A stretch of 64,000 bases of DNA, taken from contig CBDCNM010000002.1 of the NCBI GenBank assembly GCA_965219385.1, positions 1,296,936 through 1,360,935 on the forward strand. The letters run 5' to 3'. How positions within the stretch are numbered: position 1 is the stretch's first letter; each line of letters opens with the position of its first letter. The DNA comes from Candidatus Latescibacterota bacterium. GTDB lineage: Bacteria > Latescibacterota > UBA2968 > UBA8231. The notes under the pieces were generated by a model that was not told the DNA's origin, ran no database searches, and saw only the letters and a program-made list of their open reading frames with translations. Both the position numbers and the translations under genes were made by a program. This document shows, piece by piece, positions 21,119-34,044 of this stretch.

Positions 21119-21690
21119 TGCTGACTCCGAAATCCTCCAAATGGGCGCCCTGGGCTTCTTGACTGGCATGTCCAATAACGTCTTCCGGTTTGCGAACCCG
21201 GAGTGAAACGGAGAGTTGCCCGATAGGGCCAAGCAGCGTATGCCGCGCGGCGCAAAACCGCTGTGTTATGAGATGTGTGTCCCGAAATTCCCTCTATAGC
21301 GGAAACAGACGGAAATTTAAATCTGCTCTGTGCCTTGTTATTGGTTTCTTTCGAGAAGAGGCCGGCGCGTCTTAGAATGATTACAATCCCAATCCAGCCA
21401 ACTAACATGCATATTACTGCGAAGAGCAAAATTGAGAGTCGTATCGGACCCGGATCAGCAGCAAGAGTCGGAATGACCGGCCATAATCCTGGAAGCACTA
21501 GCAATCCGACGAATAGGGGGAGTAGGAGGATTTTGCTCTGCACCAGAACTACAATCCCAACTGAGATGCATATTGCTGCCGAGAGTATAATCAAGATCCC
21601 TGTCGGACTCAGATCTGCAGCAAAACCCAGCAAGCCAATCCCTACGTTTGACGCAAGCAATAAGACGAACAAAGAGACCTTACTCGGCAT
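21115..21690 (-). CDS. Cassette: hypothetical four-TM membrane protein (ORF reads through site b)
   Basis: Four hydrophobic segments; AGGAG upstream. Confidence 0.6.
   Translation of the reverse strand: MPSKVSLFVLLLASNVGIGLLGFAADLSPTGILIILSAAICISVGIVVLVQSKILLLPLFVGLLVLPGLWPVIPTLAADPGPIRLSILLFAVICMLVGWIGIVIILRRAGLFSKETNNKAQSRFKFPSVSAIEGISGHTSHNTAVLRRAAYAAWPYRATLRFTPGSQTGRRYWTCQSRSPGRPFGGFRSQQ
21176..21268 (-). repeat. attC-like site b
   Basis: TAACGTC-CGGTTTGCG..CGCAAAACCG-TGTTA, 93 bp. Confidence 0.88.
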
Positions 21691-21759
21691 GGGGATTCTC
21701 CTTAGTTGAGAGGTTCCGATTCCAAACGGAGTGGCTAGCTTTTTGCTTCACATGTCCTC

Positions 21760-21842
21760 TAACGTTTTCCGGTTTGCGAACCCCGAAGGGGTTTCCCGCA
21801 GGGCCAAGGCGCGTAGCGCCGTAGCGCAACACCGATGTGTTA
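21760..21842 (-). repeat. attC-like site c
   Basis: TAACGTT..GCGAACCCCGAAGGGG..TGTTA, 83 bp. Confidence 0.88.
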
Positions 21843-21877
21843 GCCGCCGGCCAGCGAACAGAACGTTATTCTTGTCT

Positions 21878-22277
21878 TTACCAACCGAAACTTTCAAAAA
21901 ACTGGCCTTTCTGATAGTTTTCGAGTGCCTGCCTGACATAAGGCACCATATTGGCGGGTAAATCGTGGATAGAATGCCAAGATAGGTCATCACATTTGTC
22001 TGGCTCGGCGTTCACGATGTCTCCGCTCCATCTGGAGACGGAAAGGAAGAATGACACCCGTTCATCCTCAGCCTTCCGGTGCATAACACCGACCACTTCG
22101 ATGTCCGAGGGCTGAATCTCAATACCTGCCTCCTCCTTCGCTTCCCTGATCGCCGCTGCCTTGACCTCCTCTTTGCCATCGATGTGCCCAGCAATCACGC
22201 TGTAGTTGCCATCCTCATATCCAGTATCGAAGCGTCTCAATAGCAGGATTTCATTGTTGTTGTTGGTTAGAAAAACA
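21878..22277 (-). pseudogene. Cassette: NUDIX hydrolase, 5' end truncated by ISL3
   Basis: Nudix box GHIDGKEEVKAAAIREAKEEAG, NAEPDKC; frame runs into the ISL3 IR. Confidence 0.85.
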
Positions 22278-23717
22278 GGCTCGTCAGTAGAATTCGTGGG
22301 TGAATTGTGGCTCGGGTAAATCGCCAAGCTGATGGAATGAAGCGATTTGGAGTGCCTTGAAGGTGCGGCATCCGAATGCTTTTCTCACGGTCAGATTCCA
22401 TTTCAGGTTCAAGCCCTCGACCATGGCGTTGTTGAACTGCTTTTTGGCCCTGAACCAATTGAGGATGAGCTCTCGATGACGGCGTAGCCTCTTGGCGATG
22501 TCTTTCATCGGTTCGATCTTGCTTCTCATCGTGCGGAAACACCAGCGGTTGAGGAATTTCTCAGCCCAGGCAGGGTAGGTGTAGTTCCAGAAGCGCTGGA
22601 AGTCCTCCTTGAGCAGGTAGGCTCTGACCGTCCGCAGGTTCATCTTCACTAGCTCGGACCGCTTCAAAGCCTGGGGGTCGCTGAGGTTCTCCTTGCGCTT
22701 CAGGAAGCACCAGCGGCTCTTGCTCAGGACGGGATCTTGGCCCTGTTCTTTGAGTCGGCGGGCCTCTTCGGCACGGACTTTGTCGAGGGCCTTGCTGAAG
22801 GGCTGCATGAGGTGAAAGCGGTCGAGAACGTGTACCGCCGCCGGCCGCCGCTGGTCAATGACGGTGAGGTAGGCTTTCCAGATATCAGAGCAGATGACGG
22901 CAATCGGGCCGAGGAAGCTCCTCGGCTCCTGCTCGCCGGCCGCTTCTTGCTTGCGCTGGTGCTCTTGCTCCAGTTCGGTAAAGCCGTCGTCCAGGGTCTT
23001 TATCGTCCGCTTTTCGCCCCTCCACAACAGGCGGCGGTGGTGAGTGTCGATCTGGTACAGCAAGGTCAGATAATGATGGCCTTTGCGATACTGGATTTCA
23101 TCCACGCCGAGGGCCGTGACCCGGTCGAGGCGGCGATGAGCGAGCCCCTATTCCACGACGTACTGGACGGAACGGTAGACTGGGTCCCAACGGGTCCGGA
23201 AGGAGCGCGCCCCCTCGATCCACGACCGCTTCTTGGCCCACGGTGCCAGGAAGCAGCGGTAGAGGTCGGTCAGGGGGTGCTTGCCCGTGCTCCAGGGGAC
23301 CTTCTCGACGACCACCCGGCCGCAGGCTTTGCAGGCCACCCGGCGCATGCGATACACCAGAAAGACCGGGAACCCCCAGAGCGGAACAAACTCGAACAGC
23401 CGTGCCTCGGTGGCCGTGTCATAGGTGGGGGACAACGGACCGCAGCCGCTGCACTCCGCCCTGGCGTTCTTTCGGGGCCTGAGGCTCACCATGATCCTGC
23501 CGTGTTCGTCAAAATGACCCCCCTCAAACACAAACCGCTTGAACTTCGTGCATCGGTTCAGTACTGTGATCAGGCGCATCATTCCCTCCAAAGTAGGTCG
23601 GGATCGGTATTGATGGACCGTCCCAACATACCGGGAATGATGCGCCGGTGCTATCCTCGGCCTCCTCTATGCCGTCGGCGAGCCGGCTCTTTCACCCACA
23701 GATTCTCCGGAGGAGCC
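22278..23717 (-). mobile_element. ISL3-family IS; transposase (22284-23591) broken by an in-frame TAG at 23148-23150
   Basis: 27-bp imperfect IRs starting GGCTC (22278-22304, 23691-23717; 22/27 match); GVDEI, CSDIW, LDRFH, EGLN motifs; no target duplication. Confidence 0.88.
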
Positions 23718-23792
23718 ATTATTTCTATTCGCAGGCTTGCAACAGTTCCAGAAGGTTGCGCCATACTCAGAACATTTCACAGGAGGAACTAA

Positions 23793-24038
<246 letters not shown>

Positions 24039-24093
24039 TGAAAGCTCGACAAGAGTAAGAGTTGATTGAATGAATTGGATTGGAGGAATAGGA

Positions 24094-24570
24094 ATGAAAC
24101 TACGACACCTGATGGGGATGTTAATGCTTTTGGCGATGACAGCCGCTCGCTCAGAACAGCAAGAAAACGCGACGGCACCAAAAACCGCCGCAACCGAGAC
24201 GGTGTACCTGAATGGCCGAATCTATACACAGGACAAAGATCTGCCTTGGGCCCAGTCAATCATCACGATAGGTGACAAAATCGTTTTTGTCGGCTCTACC
24301 CAGGATGCCTTGCAATACGCCGCCGGAGACAGCAGGCGCGTGGACTTGAAGGGGCAATTCGTGATACCAGGTATAATTGACGCACACACACCCCCCGGCT
24401 TGATTAGCATGTCGGGTGACCTGTCTGGGATAGATGCAGCCGCTGGAGAGAACGAAAAGCCTTCAAGACCGATAGGATGCCATCCAAGCCAAAGGAGGCG
24501 ACGCTAGCTTGGTTACAGCAGTACGCAGACGATCACCCGTTTGATCTCATGATCTTACAGGGGACCTGGA
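24094..24570 (+). pseudogene. N-terminal fragment of a YtcJ-like amidohydrolase
   Basis: Signal peptide, YLNGRIYT, IVFVGS, DLKGQFVIPGIIDAH; frameshifted and truncated. Confidence 0.7.
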
Positions 24571-24678
24571 AGGATTTCGGCGCGTTTCAGAGGTCAACCT
24601 GGTACTTCTGCCACCCGTCAGTCCTCCGTAGCAGCGCTACTGCGGAGGACTGACGCCCGAACATGCGCTATTACCTGA

Positions 24679-26928
<2,250 letters not shown>

Positions 26929-27198
26929 TCTCAGAATGTTGCGGTACGGGTCGTAGGCGCTGTAGAACGGCGCGTAGTAGTGGTCGTGCAGCGCCGTGCG
27001 GTTGTTGGTCCAGAACAGCTCGTCTTCGGGCAGGTTGAGCGCGTCCGTCAGGCTCATGGCGCCCAAGTAGCCGTAGCGGCGGCAGTACTCCTCGTGCATG
27101 GGGACGGCGAAGCGGTGCAGGTCGGCTAGGGCTTCGTCGTAAGTGATGGAGTAAACCCAGCGCTTGCCGTATTTCCATGGACAGATGCTCAGACTCAT
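26929..27198 (-). pseudogene. Fragment of a polysaccharide-deacetylase-like gene
   Basis: WKYGKRWVYSITYDE resembles a NodB-type N-terminal motif; short and running into katG. Confidence 0.4.
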
Positions 27199-27220
27199 GG
27201 CTGCTCATCTTTCATCTTAT

Positions 27221-27240
27221 AGAGCCTGGGCACGGTGTTA
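27221..27240 (-). repeat. Half attC-like site (right arm only)
   Basis: GCCTGGGCACGGTGTTA matches the right arms of sites g and l; left arm absent. Confidence 0.6.
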
Positions 27241-27304
27241 AGCGATTTCACGAGTACGCGAGTTGGTCCCGACCATGTCCTCCGACACGAGTTAGACGAA
27301 ATGC

Positions 27305-28099
27305 TCATGCCATCTCTGCCACCATCCACTGCATGGGCCGCCGCCGCATGACCCGTTTAAACGGGAGATTTCCGGGTTCAGCAAGGAAGCAGAGAATCTC
27401 ACCGGATGTGGAGGGCAGCATCATTGCCACATGGAGGCCGTCGCGCCAGGTGCACGGCCATTTCGGGGCGCCTATCACAACGAGGTCGCAGTTGGACTGT
27501 ACATGGCCATCGCAGATGAGCGGTTGCATCGTCGTGACAAACGAGATGTGTGATGGCCCGTCAGTGGTATCCTCGGCCAGACCGAACAGTTGGCGGACTC
27601 CTACCTGAACCGAGTGTCCCCGCCGGACATGCTCTTTCAGTTCCTCCAAATCGCCGTGTACGCGATTGCCATCGGCATCGTGTTCGTAGACCGTACGCCA
27701 GCGGTCGCAGATAAACCACCGATATATCCCGTACGGGTAGGCCTGGCTCTCATCCACGCGCACATCACGCCACATCCACTTCACGTGGCAGAAGGTTCCG
27801 GAATCGTCGTATTTGAAGATGCTGATGTATGGTTGCTGTATGGCTTGGCCGCGGTGTACATAGCTATGGTGGTGGCTCATGAGTCCTGCAAACGCGCCAC
27901 CCCCACCGGCATAAGTCTGCTGGAAATAAAGCGTTTCCTCGTACAGATCTGTGGTCATGTAAAGCCTGAGATCTGCGCCTCGGCGTACCGCTGCCGCCAA
28001 CTCGGACACCGCGCCATGGGATGAGGTCAGGTCCGTCTGCTGTTCAAGGGCAAGCGTCCAGTTGTGTCCCATTGTGCGTGTTTCCTTTCGCAGTGACAT
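27305..28099 (-). CDS. Probable cassette: hypothetical protein with two similar halves
   Basis: 264-aa ORF; GAVSELAAAVRRGADLRL and GDLEELKEHVRRGHSVQV are internally similar. Confidence 0.7.
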   Translation of the reverse strand: MSLRKETRTMGHNWTLALEQQTDLTSSHGAVSELAAAVRRGADLRLYMTTDLYEETLYFQQTYAGGGGAFAGLMSHHHSYVHRGQAIQQPYISIFKYDDSGTFCHVKWMWRDVRVDESQAYPYGIYRWFICDRWRTVYEHDADGNRVHGDLEELKEHVRRGHSVQVGVRQLFGLAEDTTDGPSHISFVTTMQPLICDGHVQSNCDLVVIGAPKWPCTWRDGLHVAMMLPSTSGEILCFLAEPGNLPFKRVMRRRPMQWMVAEMA

Positions 28100-28371
28100 G
28101 TCTAACTAATGAGTGGTGCATAGTCGCAAGCGCAACGAGCGGCCAGATCTAGCGAGGCGCTCACGCCGCCGGCTGTTCTTCGATGCCGTCGAGGATGATG
28201 TCGAGCTGGTCCTCGGGGTGGGTTTCGCGGCCTATAGGTTGATCTCTTTACGAGATGTATTTACGTTGATGAAACGGAGGTACCTCGAGTGTGTGTGCAT
28301 CCGGTCGACGAACCATTGGCGCGGGGCAGCTCGCACCGCGTGCTCCAGTCTCTCTGACTTCAGACACTGAA

Positions 28372-28519
28372 TTCTTCCAGTGCCGCAGCCAAACTCGAGG
28401 ACCGGTCCACCATACTCATTGGCTAGATCGAGGTAGAAGTCCACGTCCACCAGATCGTCTTTGACGCTGTATGCGGCGTCGTAATGCTTCGCTCCCGGAC
28501 TGTAGGAATCATCAATCAT
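28372..28519 (-). pseudogene. Cassette: truncated class I SAM methyltransferase
   Basis: DVDFYLDLA..GGPVLEFGCGTGRI then similarity is lost. Confidence 0.7.
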
Positions 28520-28561
28520 GGTTTGTTGTCCATCGTACTGTTAGAGTCAATCCATTTCAGG

Positions 28562-28652
28562 TAGGGTTCGCCGGTTTGCGAACCCCGAACTTGTCGAAGA
28601 GTTGCCGGAGGCTAAGCCGCCAAATGCGCCACAGAGTAACACCAACGTGTTA
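28562..28652 (-). repeat. attC-like site e (left core mutated to TAGG)
   Basis: CCGGTTTGCGAACCCCG..GTGTTA. Confidence 0.75.
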
Positions 28653-28662
28653 GGCATTGCGG

Positions 28663-29217
28663 CTATTTGTCAAATGGTAAGTACAGACTGCACCGGCACC
28701 CCAGGGCCTCCAGCCCTTTCTCATAGATCTCCTCGCACAGAGCGGCTTTTCCATCCATGTACGACTGGCGGTCATTGTCGTGCTCTTCAGCGAGTTGCCA
28801 TTTCAGGTTACTGAGTCTACGAGCATATTCGGGACTTAGTCTGAGGAAATCCCTGAAGACAAGATGCCGTTTCAAGGCTTCACCATACTTGTCACAAACG
28901 TACGTATGGTGGGCGGGTAAAGATTCTTTCAGTCCGCTATCCGACAGATCAAAAGCATCTCTTCCGGGAATACCCAGGTCACCTTCATGGAAATATCCGA
29001 TCTCTGCAAGCCGATCCTTCGTACTCTCGAAATCCTGTGGCTCAGTGACAATGTCAACGTCAATGATTGGCTTGGCGGTCATTCCGGCAACAGATGTGCT
29101 ACCGACATGCTCGAGGCTGCAATACCTTCCTGACAAAACAGAGTCAAAACGGTGTCGTAATTCTTCAAACCATGAGGGCCAGGTCGGATCATAGTGCTTT
29201 ACCAACGTAACTGACAT
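28663..29217 (-). CDS. Cassette: GrpB/UPF0157 family protein
   Basis: YDPTWP, EHVGSTSV.G..AKPIIDVD, HLVFRDFLR, Y..LK, Y..GK. Confidence 0.92.
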   Translation of the reverse strand: MSVTLVKHYDPTWPSWFEELRHRFDSVLSGRYCSLEHVGSTSVAGMTAKPIIDVDIVTEPQDFESTKDRLAEIGYFHEGDLGIPGRDAFDLSDSGLKESLPAHHTYVCDKYGEALKRHLVFRDFLRLSPEYARRLSNLKWQLAEEHDNDRQSYMDGKAALCEEIYEKGLEALGCRCSLYLPFDK

Positions 29218-29240
29218 GATTCAATTGACCGCGTTGCGCC

Positions 29241-29306
29241 TAACGTTCTGTGGGTTAATGAACTGGCGTAGCCGCCTGAAGGCGGCGCAGCATTAACCCG
29301 CTGTTA
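29241..29306 (-). repeat. attC-like site f (shortest, 66 bp)
   Basis: TAAC..GGGTTAATG..CATTAACCC..GTTA. Confidence 0.85.
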
Positions 29307-29335
29307 TCGGTCGTGGAAGCTCCGTGGCTGGTCGC

Positions 29336-29601
29336 CTACAGACGGGAAATGAGCTCCTCGTAACTAGCATGAGAGCCGATCCAGAACCAGACGATCAGTC
29401 TGCTCGCACACCCATGGCGCGGTAATCTCGTGTGATTCGGACAGCGTAGATCGGTCTCGTAGGGTGTATCTTCTTGAATCGCAAGCTCGGATGGTTCGGA
29501 TTTACCCGAAAACGGGCGTAAGCAACGGCGGCCTGAACTTGGACGTACTGGGGAAGGTCGCGTAGCGCTTCCCGAAAACGATGGGTTGTCCGGGATATCA
29601 T
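29336..29601 (-). pseudogene. Cassette: RelE/ParE-like toxin, frameshifted near 29400
   Basis: NPNHPSLRFKK..YAVRI..YRAMG, then IVWFWIGSHASYE in another frame. Confidence 0.8.
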
Positions 29602-29816
29602 GAGCCATGGGATTCAAACGGCTCAGTCCTGCCTGCGCGGTATTGAGCAAGAGCCTCATCCGCAAGGCTAGACAACTGCTCTGCTGTCGAGTCAAATGCA
29701 CGCTCCCACTGGCGCTCTGACTCTAGCTCCGCCATCAAAACGGCCGCAATCGCGTCTTGCTCATCATTCGAGAGCTTCTTGATTTCCGCAATCGCCTTTT
29801 CCAGAAGTTGAGTCAT
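29598..29816 (-). CDS. Cassette: putative antitoxin
   Basis: Acidic 72-aa MTQLLEKAI...LADEAL; ATGA overlap with the toxin. Confidence 0.78.
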   Translation of the reverse strand: MTQLLEKAIAEIKKLSNDEQDAIAAVLMAELESERQWERAFDSTAEQLSSLADEALAQYRAGRTEPFESHGS

Positions 29817-29920
29817 CAGAGTCCTCCAAATCAGGTTTACAACAGACTGGTCGGTTTCGACCAACTTAGAGTAATATACGGCAGTTCCACACGAAAGTCT
29901 TCGTCAGATTCCATGACCGC

Positions 29921-29993
29921 TAACGTTCAGGGCCTCCGAACCGCGTAGCGGTTGCGCAAAGGGCGCAAGCCCGAAGCCGGGAGCACGGTGTTA
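29921..29993 (-). repeat. attC-like site g
   Basis: TAACGTT..CGAACCGCGTAGCGGTT..GTGTTA, 73 bp. Confidence 0.88.
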
Positions 29994-30013
29994 GCTGAAG
30001 TTGATCTGTCTAG

Positions 30014-30628
30014 CTAATCAACGAGATGCTCCTTGATGGAGTCGAACCACTCCCCAAACGGTTCCTGCAATTTGGGATCTTCGGTCAACGGATGCCACAT
30101 TAGGACAAACTTGTGGTGATCAGAAAAGACTTCCCACTCAAGCTCATCACTTGCTGCGCAACTTAAGTGATAGTGCTTACGCTCAACAGTGGTCGTCAGA
30201 GCATCTTGTGGTATCCAGCCAGTTATTTGAAACGAGGTCCTATCCGAACCGAGTAACTCTTTTTCCACATAATCGATTTGTACAAAACCGTTTTCAGTCT
30301 CTCGGGTGTCAACGCGAATACCTCTTCGAATCGTGACCCAATCGAAACTGCCAGTGTCTGGTCGAGAGTATACAGTGGAAGTCTTCTGGATGACGGCTGT
30401 GTTGGGAGGTAGCTTCTCCCGTTCCGACAAAAGTTCCGCGACAACATTCAATGCGGCTAGACCAGTTTCCTCACGGGCCTCCCGGAGTGCCGCGGCGACA
30501 AAGGATTCTCCCTTTTCCACTGTCCCGGCAGGTATTTGATTTCCGGCGTAGGGGTGCTTTAGTAGGAGAAAGTGCTTTCGACCGTCCAAGCTACGCGTTA
30601 TAAAACAAGTGACCTTTCCCAGCGACAT
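30014..30628 (-). CDS. Cassette: NUDIX-domain protein
   Basis: PAGTVEKGES...AALREAREETGL. Confidence 0.85.
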   Translation of the reverse strand: MSLGKVTCFITRSLDGRKHFLLLKHPYAGNQIPAGTVEKGESFVAAALREAREETGLAALNVVAELLSEREKLPPNTAVIQKTSTVYSRPDTGSFDWVTIRRGIRVDTRETENGFVQIDYVEKELLGSDRTSFQITGWIPQDALTTTVERKHYHLSCAASDELEWEVFSDHHKFVLMWHPLTEDPKLQEPFGEWFDSIKEHLVD

Positions 30629-30665
30629 ATCACATTATTCTCTGCATTCCTGATTCAATTTCAGC

Positions 30666-30744
30666 TAACGTTCTCCGGTGTGCGAACCGGCGTAGCCGGT
30701 TTAGGCGAAGGCCGTTTAGGCCGTAGCCGCACACCCACATGTTA
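30666..30744 (-). repeat. attC-like site h
   Basis: TAACGTT..GGTGTGCG..CGCACACC..TGTTA, 79 bp. Confidence 0.88.
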
Positions 30745-30891
30745 CAAGATGTGTAATCCTCATCGTGTTGGCCAGGAAGGCCAGCACGGTGACGGCGTCC
30801 ATTTCCTGAATATAGTGAAATCTCAAGAGGATATGCTCACAGACACGACCAAAGCCAGCAACCGAGCAGTTTCCTTACTGGGACTGCTTCT

Positions 30892-31649
30892 TCATCGCAT
30901 GCGCTGGAATACAAAAAAGTCCACAGGCTCATAGACGGGCTTGTCAGGCGGTTGTTGGGCCACCCACTGCTTTAGCCTTTCCAGCCCAGCATAGCATGCC
31001 GTATCGCTGATCAAGATCAACGACGACAGACCACGCTGAGATAGCTTGGCATAATATTCTTGATACGAAGACGCAAAGTATTGGTAGACGGTCTGTTGAG
31101 CAATGAGGGTAAAACCTTGGCTGGAGACGAGGTCCACGACCTCCTGGCGGGAAGGGAGCCGTGCCTCGTCCATTTGCCGAGCCTCAGGAAAACAGGGTGC
31201 CCACTCGATTTCCATCTCGTTTTCCCTAGTTCCATTGCGGATCGCCAGGCAGCCGGATGGACTGAGCACACGCTGTATCTGTCGTATAGCCTCCACAGGA
31301 GTATCCAAATGGTGGAAAACTTGGCACATCCAAACTAGATCGGCTACGTTGTCACCAAGAGGGATATGCTCCGCTGAACCGCGCACCCAGTATACGTGCT
31401 TATATTCTCTTGCCTTGCCTTTATCCAGCATGGCATCTGACGGGTCTACTGCCGTCACAGGACAGTGGAAGGTAGTTTGCAATGATGGAATAAAACGGCC
31501 GGTCCCACAGCCTAGATCCAGTATGCTCTGAACAGAACGGAAAGGGAGCAACTGCTTCAGTACATCCACAGTTCGGATGTCTCCTCAGGCAATGCCCGCG
31601 CAGAGTCAAAGCGATTGGCTGCATCTTGGCTGCTATATGCTGAGGACAT
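30892..31649 (-). pseudogene. Cassette: class I SAM methyltransferase, frameshift near 31565
   Basis: GAGGA + ATG at 31649 gives MSSAYSS..RFDSARALPEETSELWM then TGA; continues in another frame as VLKQLL..LDLGCGTGRF. Confidence 0.75.
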
Positions 31650-31716
31650 GATTCCTCGTGCACTAATTTCCAATTAGCGGCCAGGGATGGCTGCTTCTAT
31701 GGATTGCATTTTCTTG

Positions 31717-31793
31717 TAAAGTTTTCGCCGTGTCCGAACCGCGAAGCGGTTGCCGAAGGGCCGAATGGCCCGCAACTGGGCACGGACGTGTTA
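31717..31793 (-). repeat. attC-like site i (core TAAA)
   Basis: CCGTGTCCGAACCGCGAAGCGGTT..GGGCACGG..GTGTTA. Confidence 0.82.
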
Positions 31794-31822
31794 AATGAAG
31801 TTTGCCCCAAAATGCCGGTAGT

Positions 31823-32572
31823 TCATGATGCCTCTTTGCGCGCAAGAGCAATCAGCCGCTTTGAACTAGTCCCATACGCACTCCCATCCAAATCCCCATA
31901 TAGTTGCATATTACTAAACCCAACTCGCAAGAGACGATCCTTCAGTTCCTGGCCAGAGTACAACGTGTGGTGAAACTTGAACGATCTTACCTGCTCATCC
32001 CGGATCAGGAGCCACTCGTTTCGAATCCTTGTCCAATCATCGAAGATCTCGCGACGTTGAACGAGCAATGTCCCGTCGGGATGCACCTCCGAGGAGGTCG
32101 CGGCAAATACCTTGGCCAACCACTCTTTACCCATCAGATCCATTACGAGGACTCCCCCAGGTCTGAGGCTCTCGTAAATATTGCTGAGCACTCGCAGATC
32201 CTCGTCCTTGTCATCGAAATAGCCGAAGGACGTAAACATGTTGAGCACCAAGTCGTACGATGAGGACCGCACAAAACGACGCATGTCATCCTGCACAAAC
32301 TCAACGTCTAATTTCCGCTCGCTTGCCCGCGCCGCAGCTTTTTGCAGTAGGAACGCGGTAGAATCAACTCCCGTTACGGAAAACCCTCGCTCGGCCAGGA
32401 CCGTGGAATGTCGGCCGGGGCCGCAACACAGATCTAAGATATGTGTCCCGCTGAACTCCACCAGCGAAAGAATCTTGTCGATTTCCTCCTCGGCAGATTC
32501 AAATCGCTCTTTTGGGAACATATAGGGATACATATCCGTCCAGAAGTCTTCGTTTTCAAACCATTCGGACAT
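31823..32572 (-). CDS. Cassette: class I SAM methyltransferase
   Basis: ILDLCCGPGRHS, DMR, NMFTSFGYF, LRPGG. Confidence 0.92.
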   Translation of the reverse strand: MSEWFENEDFWTDMYPYMFPKERFESAEEEIDKILSLVEFSGTHILDLCCGPGRHSTVLAERGFSVTGVDSTAFLLQKAAARASERKLDVEFVQDDMRRFVRSSSYDLVLNMFTSFGYFDDKDEDLRVLSNIYESLRPGGVLVMDLMGKEWLAKVFAATSSEVHPDGTLLVQRREIFDDWTRIRNEWLLIRDEQVRSFKFHHTLYSGQELKDRLLRVGFSNMQLYGDLDGSAYGTSSKRLIALARKEAS

Positions 32573-32627
32573 AGAACTCCAGCGTCACGTTTCGAGAAGC
32601 GTCGGGCCCCAATAGGCAAATTTCGTT

Positions 32628-32709
32628 TAACGTTCTCAGCACCCACGAACCTGGCGAAGCCAGGTTGGGCGTAGGCCCGAAAGCCCCGGAGCCGTGGGTG
32701 CACGTGTTA
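32628..32709 (-). repeat. attC-like site j
   Basis: TAACGTT..GCACCCACG..CGTGGGTGC..GTGTTA, 82 bp. Confidence 0.88.
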
Positions 32710-32772
32710 GGCGCCGTGCTGTTCCCGTCACCCAGGAGGGAACAGAGGAGCGGACATCGGTATTCCTGTCTC

Positions 32773-33723
32773 CTACATGAGATAGCGAAGCGCATCCTTG
32801 GCCCGCTGCAACTTGGTTGTATCATCAACCAGACAAGCCAGCCTGTAGAAGCCATAGAGCGTTTTAATCCGGTGAGTAAGCCTTGCGCGATCCCTCCTCA
32901 GGGTGCCGGATTCCCAATAGACGGGGGTGCAGGGATCTTCTTCAGCCGGCTCTTCGGTCCCCAGTTCGTCCTCGACATTCGGTAGGGATCTCCACAGGCG
33001 AACATGACGATGGTGGGCCTCAAGTCCTTTCTGCGCCAGGTCAACGTAGCCACACTCAGACAGATCGATCAGCGAAGCGGCATGGTTGATAATGTGCCAC
33101 AATCCCCCGAATCCCTGTCTCCGTTCGGCAGCTGTCTCAAGGAGCTCATCCAACACTGCTTCGATCATGCCCTCCAGATTGGAATACGGTCGAAAATCCG
33201 GATGTTCCGGCAACGCGATCATGTCTCCGTCGATCCGACCTTTTTCCCTCCCGTAGTAACCGCTGCCAGCTGATGCTTGGTCAAAGCCCCCGATCAATCT
33301 GCATATGCCATCAATGATAGACGATGTTGCGTGCTGGGGGTACTCCTGGAGCGCCCGAATGGACAGAGAGGCGAAGATCACGTTGTGACCTGAGGAGCGT
33401 GTTCCTCCGATGTTCCTGGATAGGACCTGGGCGATGCGGTCAATCTGATCTACCTGCGTGTCTTCGTCTGGGTAGGGCACAAACAGGTCCGATGTTGTGA
33501 TGGATCCACCCTCGCCTGGGTCAAATGCCGACTCTCCCTTGAGGACACGATCCAGTTCCTTCTCTATACCTGCATGAACCTTCCTGTCTAGTTCACGGTG
33601 TTCCTCACTGAAGAGACAGCCAGCGACAAGGGTAGCGCCCAAATGTCCCGTCATGGTATCCACAAGGTGAGCTCGGCTTAGTCCCCACAGCCCCTTTTCC
33701 AGATACTCAGGTCTAACCGCCAT
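32773..33723 (-). CDS. Cassette: hypothetical His-motif protein
   Basis: 316-aa ORF with GGAGA RBS; GHLGA, SGHNVIF, WHIINHAA, THRIK. Confidence 0.75.
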   Translation of the reverse strand: MAVRPEYLEKGLWGLSRAHLVDTMTGHLGATLVAGCLFSEEHRELDRKVHAGIEKELDRVLKGESAFDPGEGGSITTSDLFVPYPDEDTQVDQIDRIAQVLSRNIGGTRSSGHNVIFASLSIRALQEYPQHATSSIIDGICRLIGGFDQASAGSGYYGREKGRIDGDMIALPEHPDFRPYSNLEGMIEAVLDELLETAAERRQGFGGLWHIINHAASLIDLSECGYVDLAQKGLEAHHRHVRLWRSLPNVEDELGTEEPAEEDPCTPVYWESGTLRRDRARLTHRIKTLYGFYRLACLVDDTTKLQRAKDALRYLM

Positions 33724-33817
33724 ATATCTTCTCCACGCCTTGACGGAGTTAGTCAGGCAACTCCCATATGGCTTTCCGTCGCACTGCGAACAACATGGCG
33801 CCTTGTACCTTCAATAA

Positions 33818-33995
33818 TGGGCTTTAAAGACTTGCCGTCATCTCGGACTAGTGGACAAATTAGACGTACTCTGGATGAGGCCGATGACGCCTGAAGGTAG
33901 CGATCTTGTAGGTTAGATGGGCCCCCCGCCTTCTTTGCCCATACCGAGGAGTATCTGAGCCCATTGAGGCTGTATCTACAAGGTCGGTAAGCAAG
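33818..33995 (+). ncRNA. Predicted IS110 bridge RNA (ends approximate)
   Basis: LTG ATGACGCCT 33884-33892, RTG GTTAG 33912-33916, LDG GAGTATCT 33949-33956, RDG TACAAG 33977-33982, in the expected order within stem-bounded loops. Confidence 0.8.
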
Positions 33996-34044
33996 GGTCC
34001 AAGGTCAGGGGACCAGAGTCTACAATATAACCCAAGGAGTAGTC

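Noticed and set aside
27291..28106. GTTAGAC (27291) and GTCTAAC (28100) as cassette ends
   Set aside because: Only a 7-bp match, no attC body and no T.G signature; left unresolved.
31663..31677. CTAAT-TTCCA-ATTAG as a cassette boundary
   Set aside because: The right flank of site h pairs with 31711-31720 instead, so this lies inside the cassette leader.
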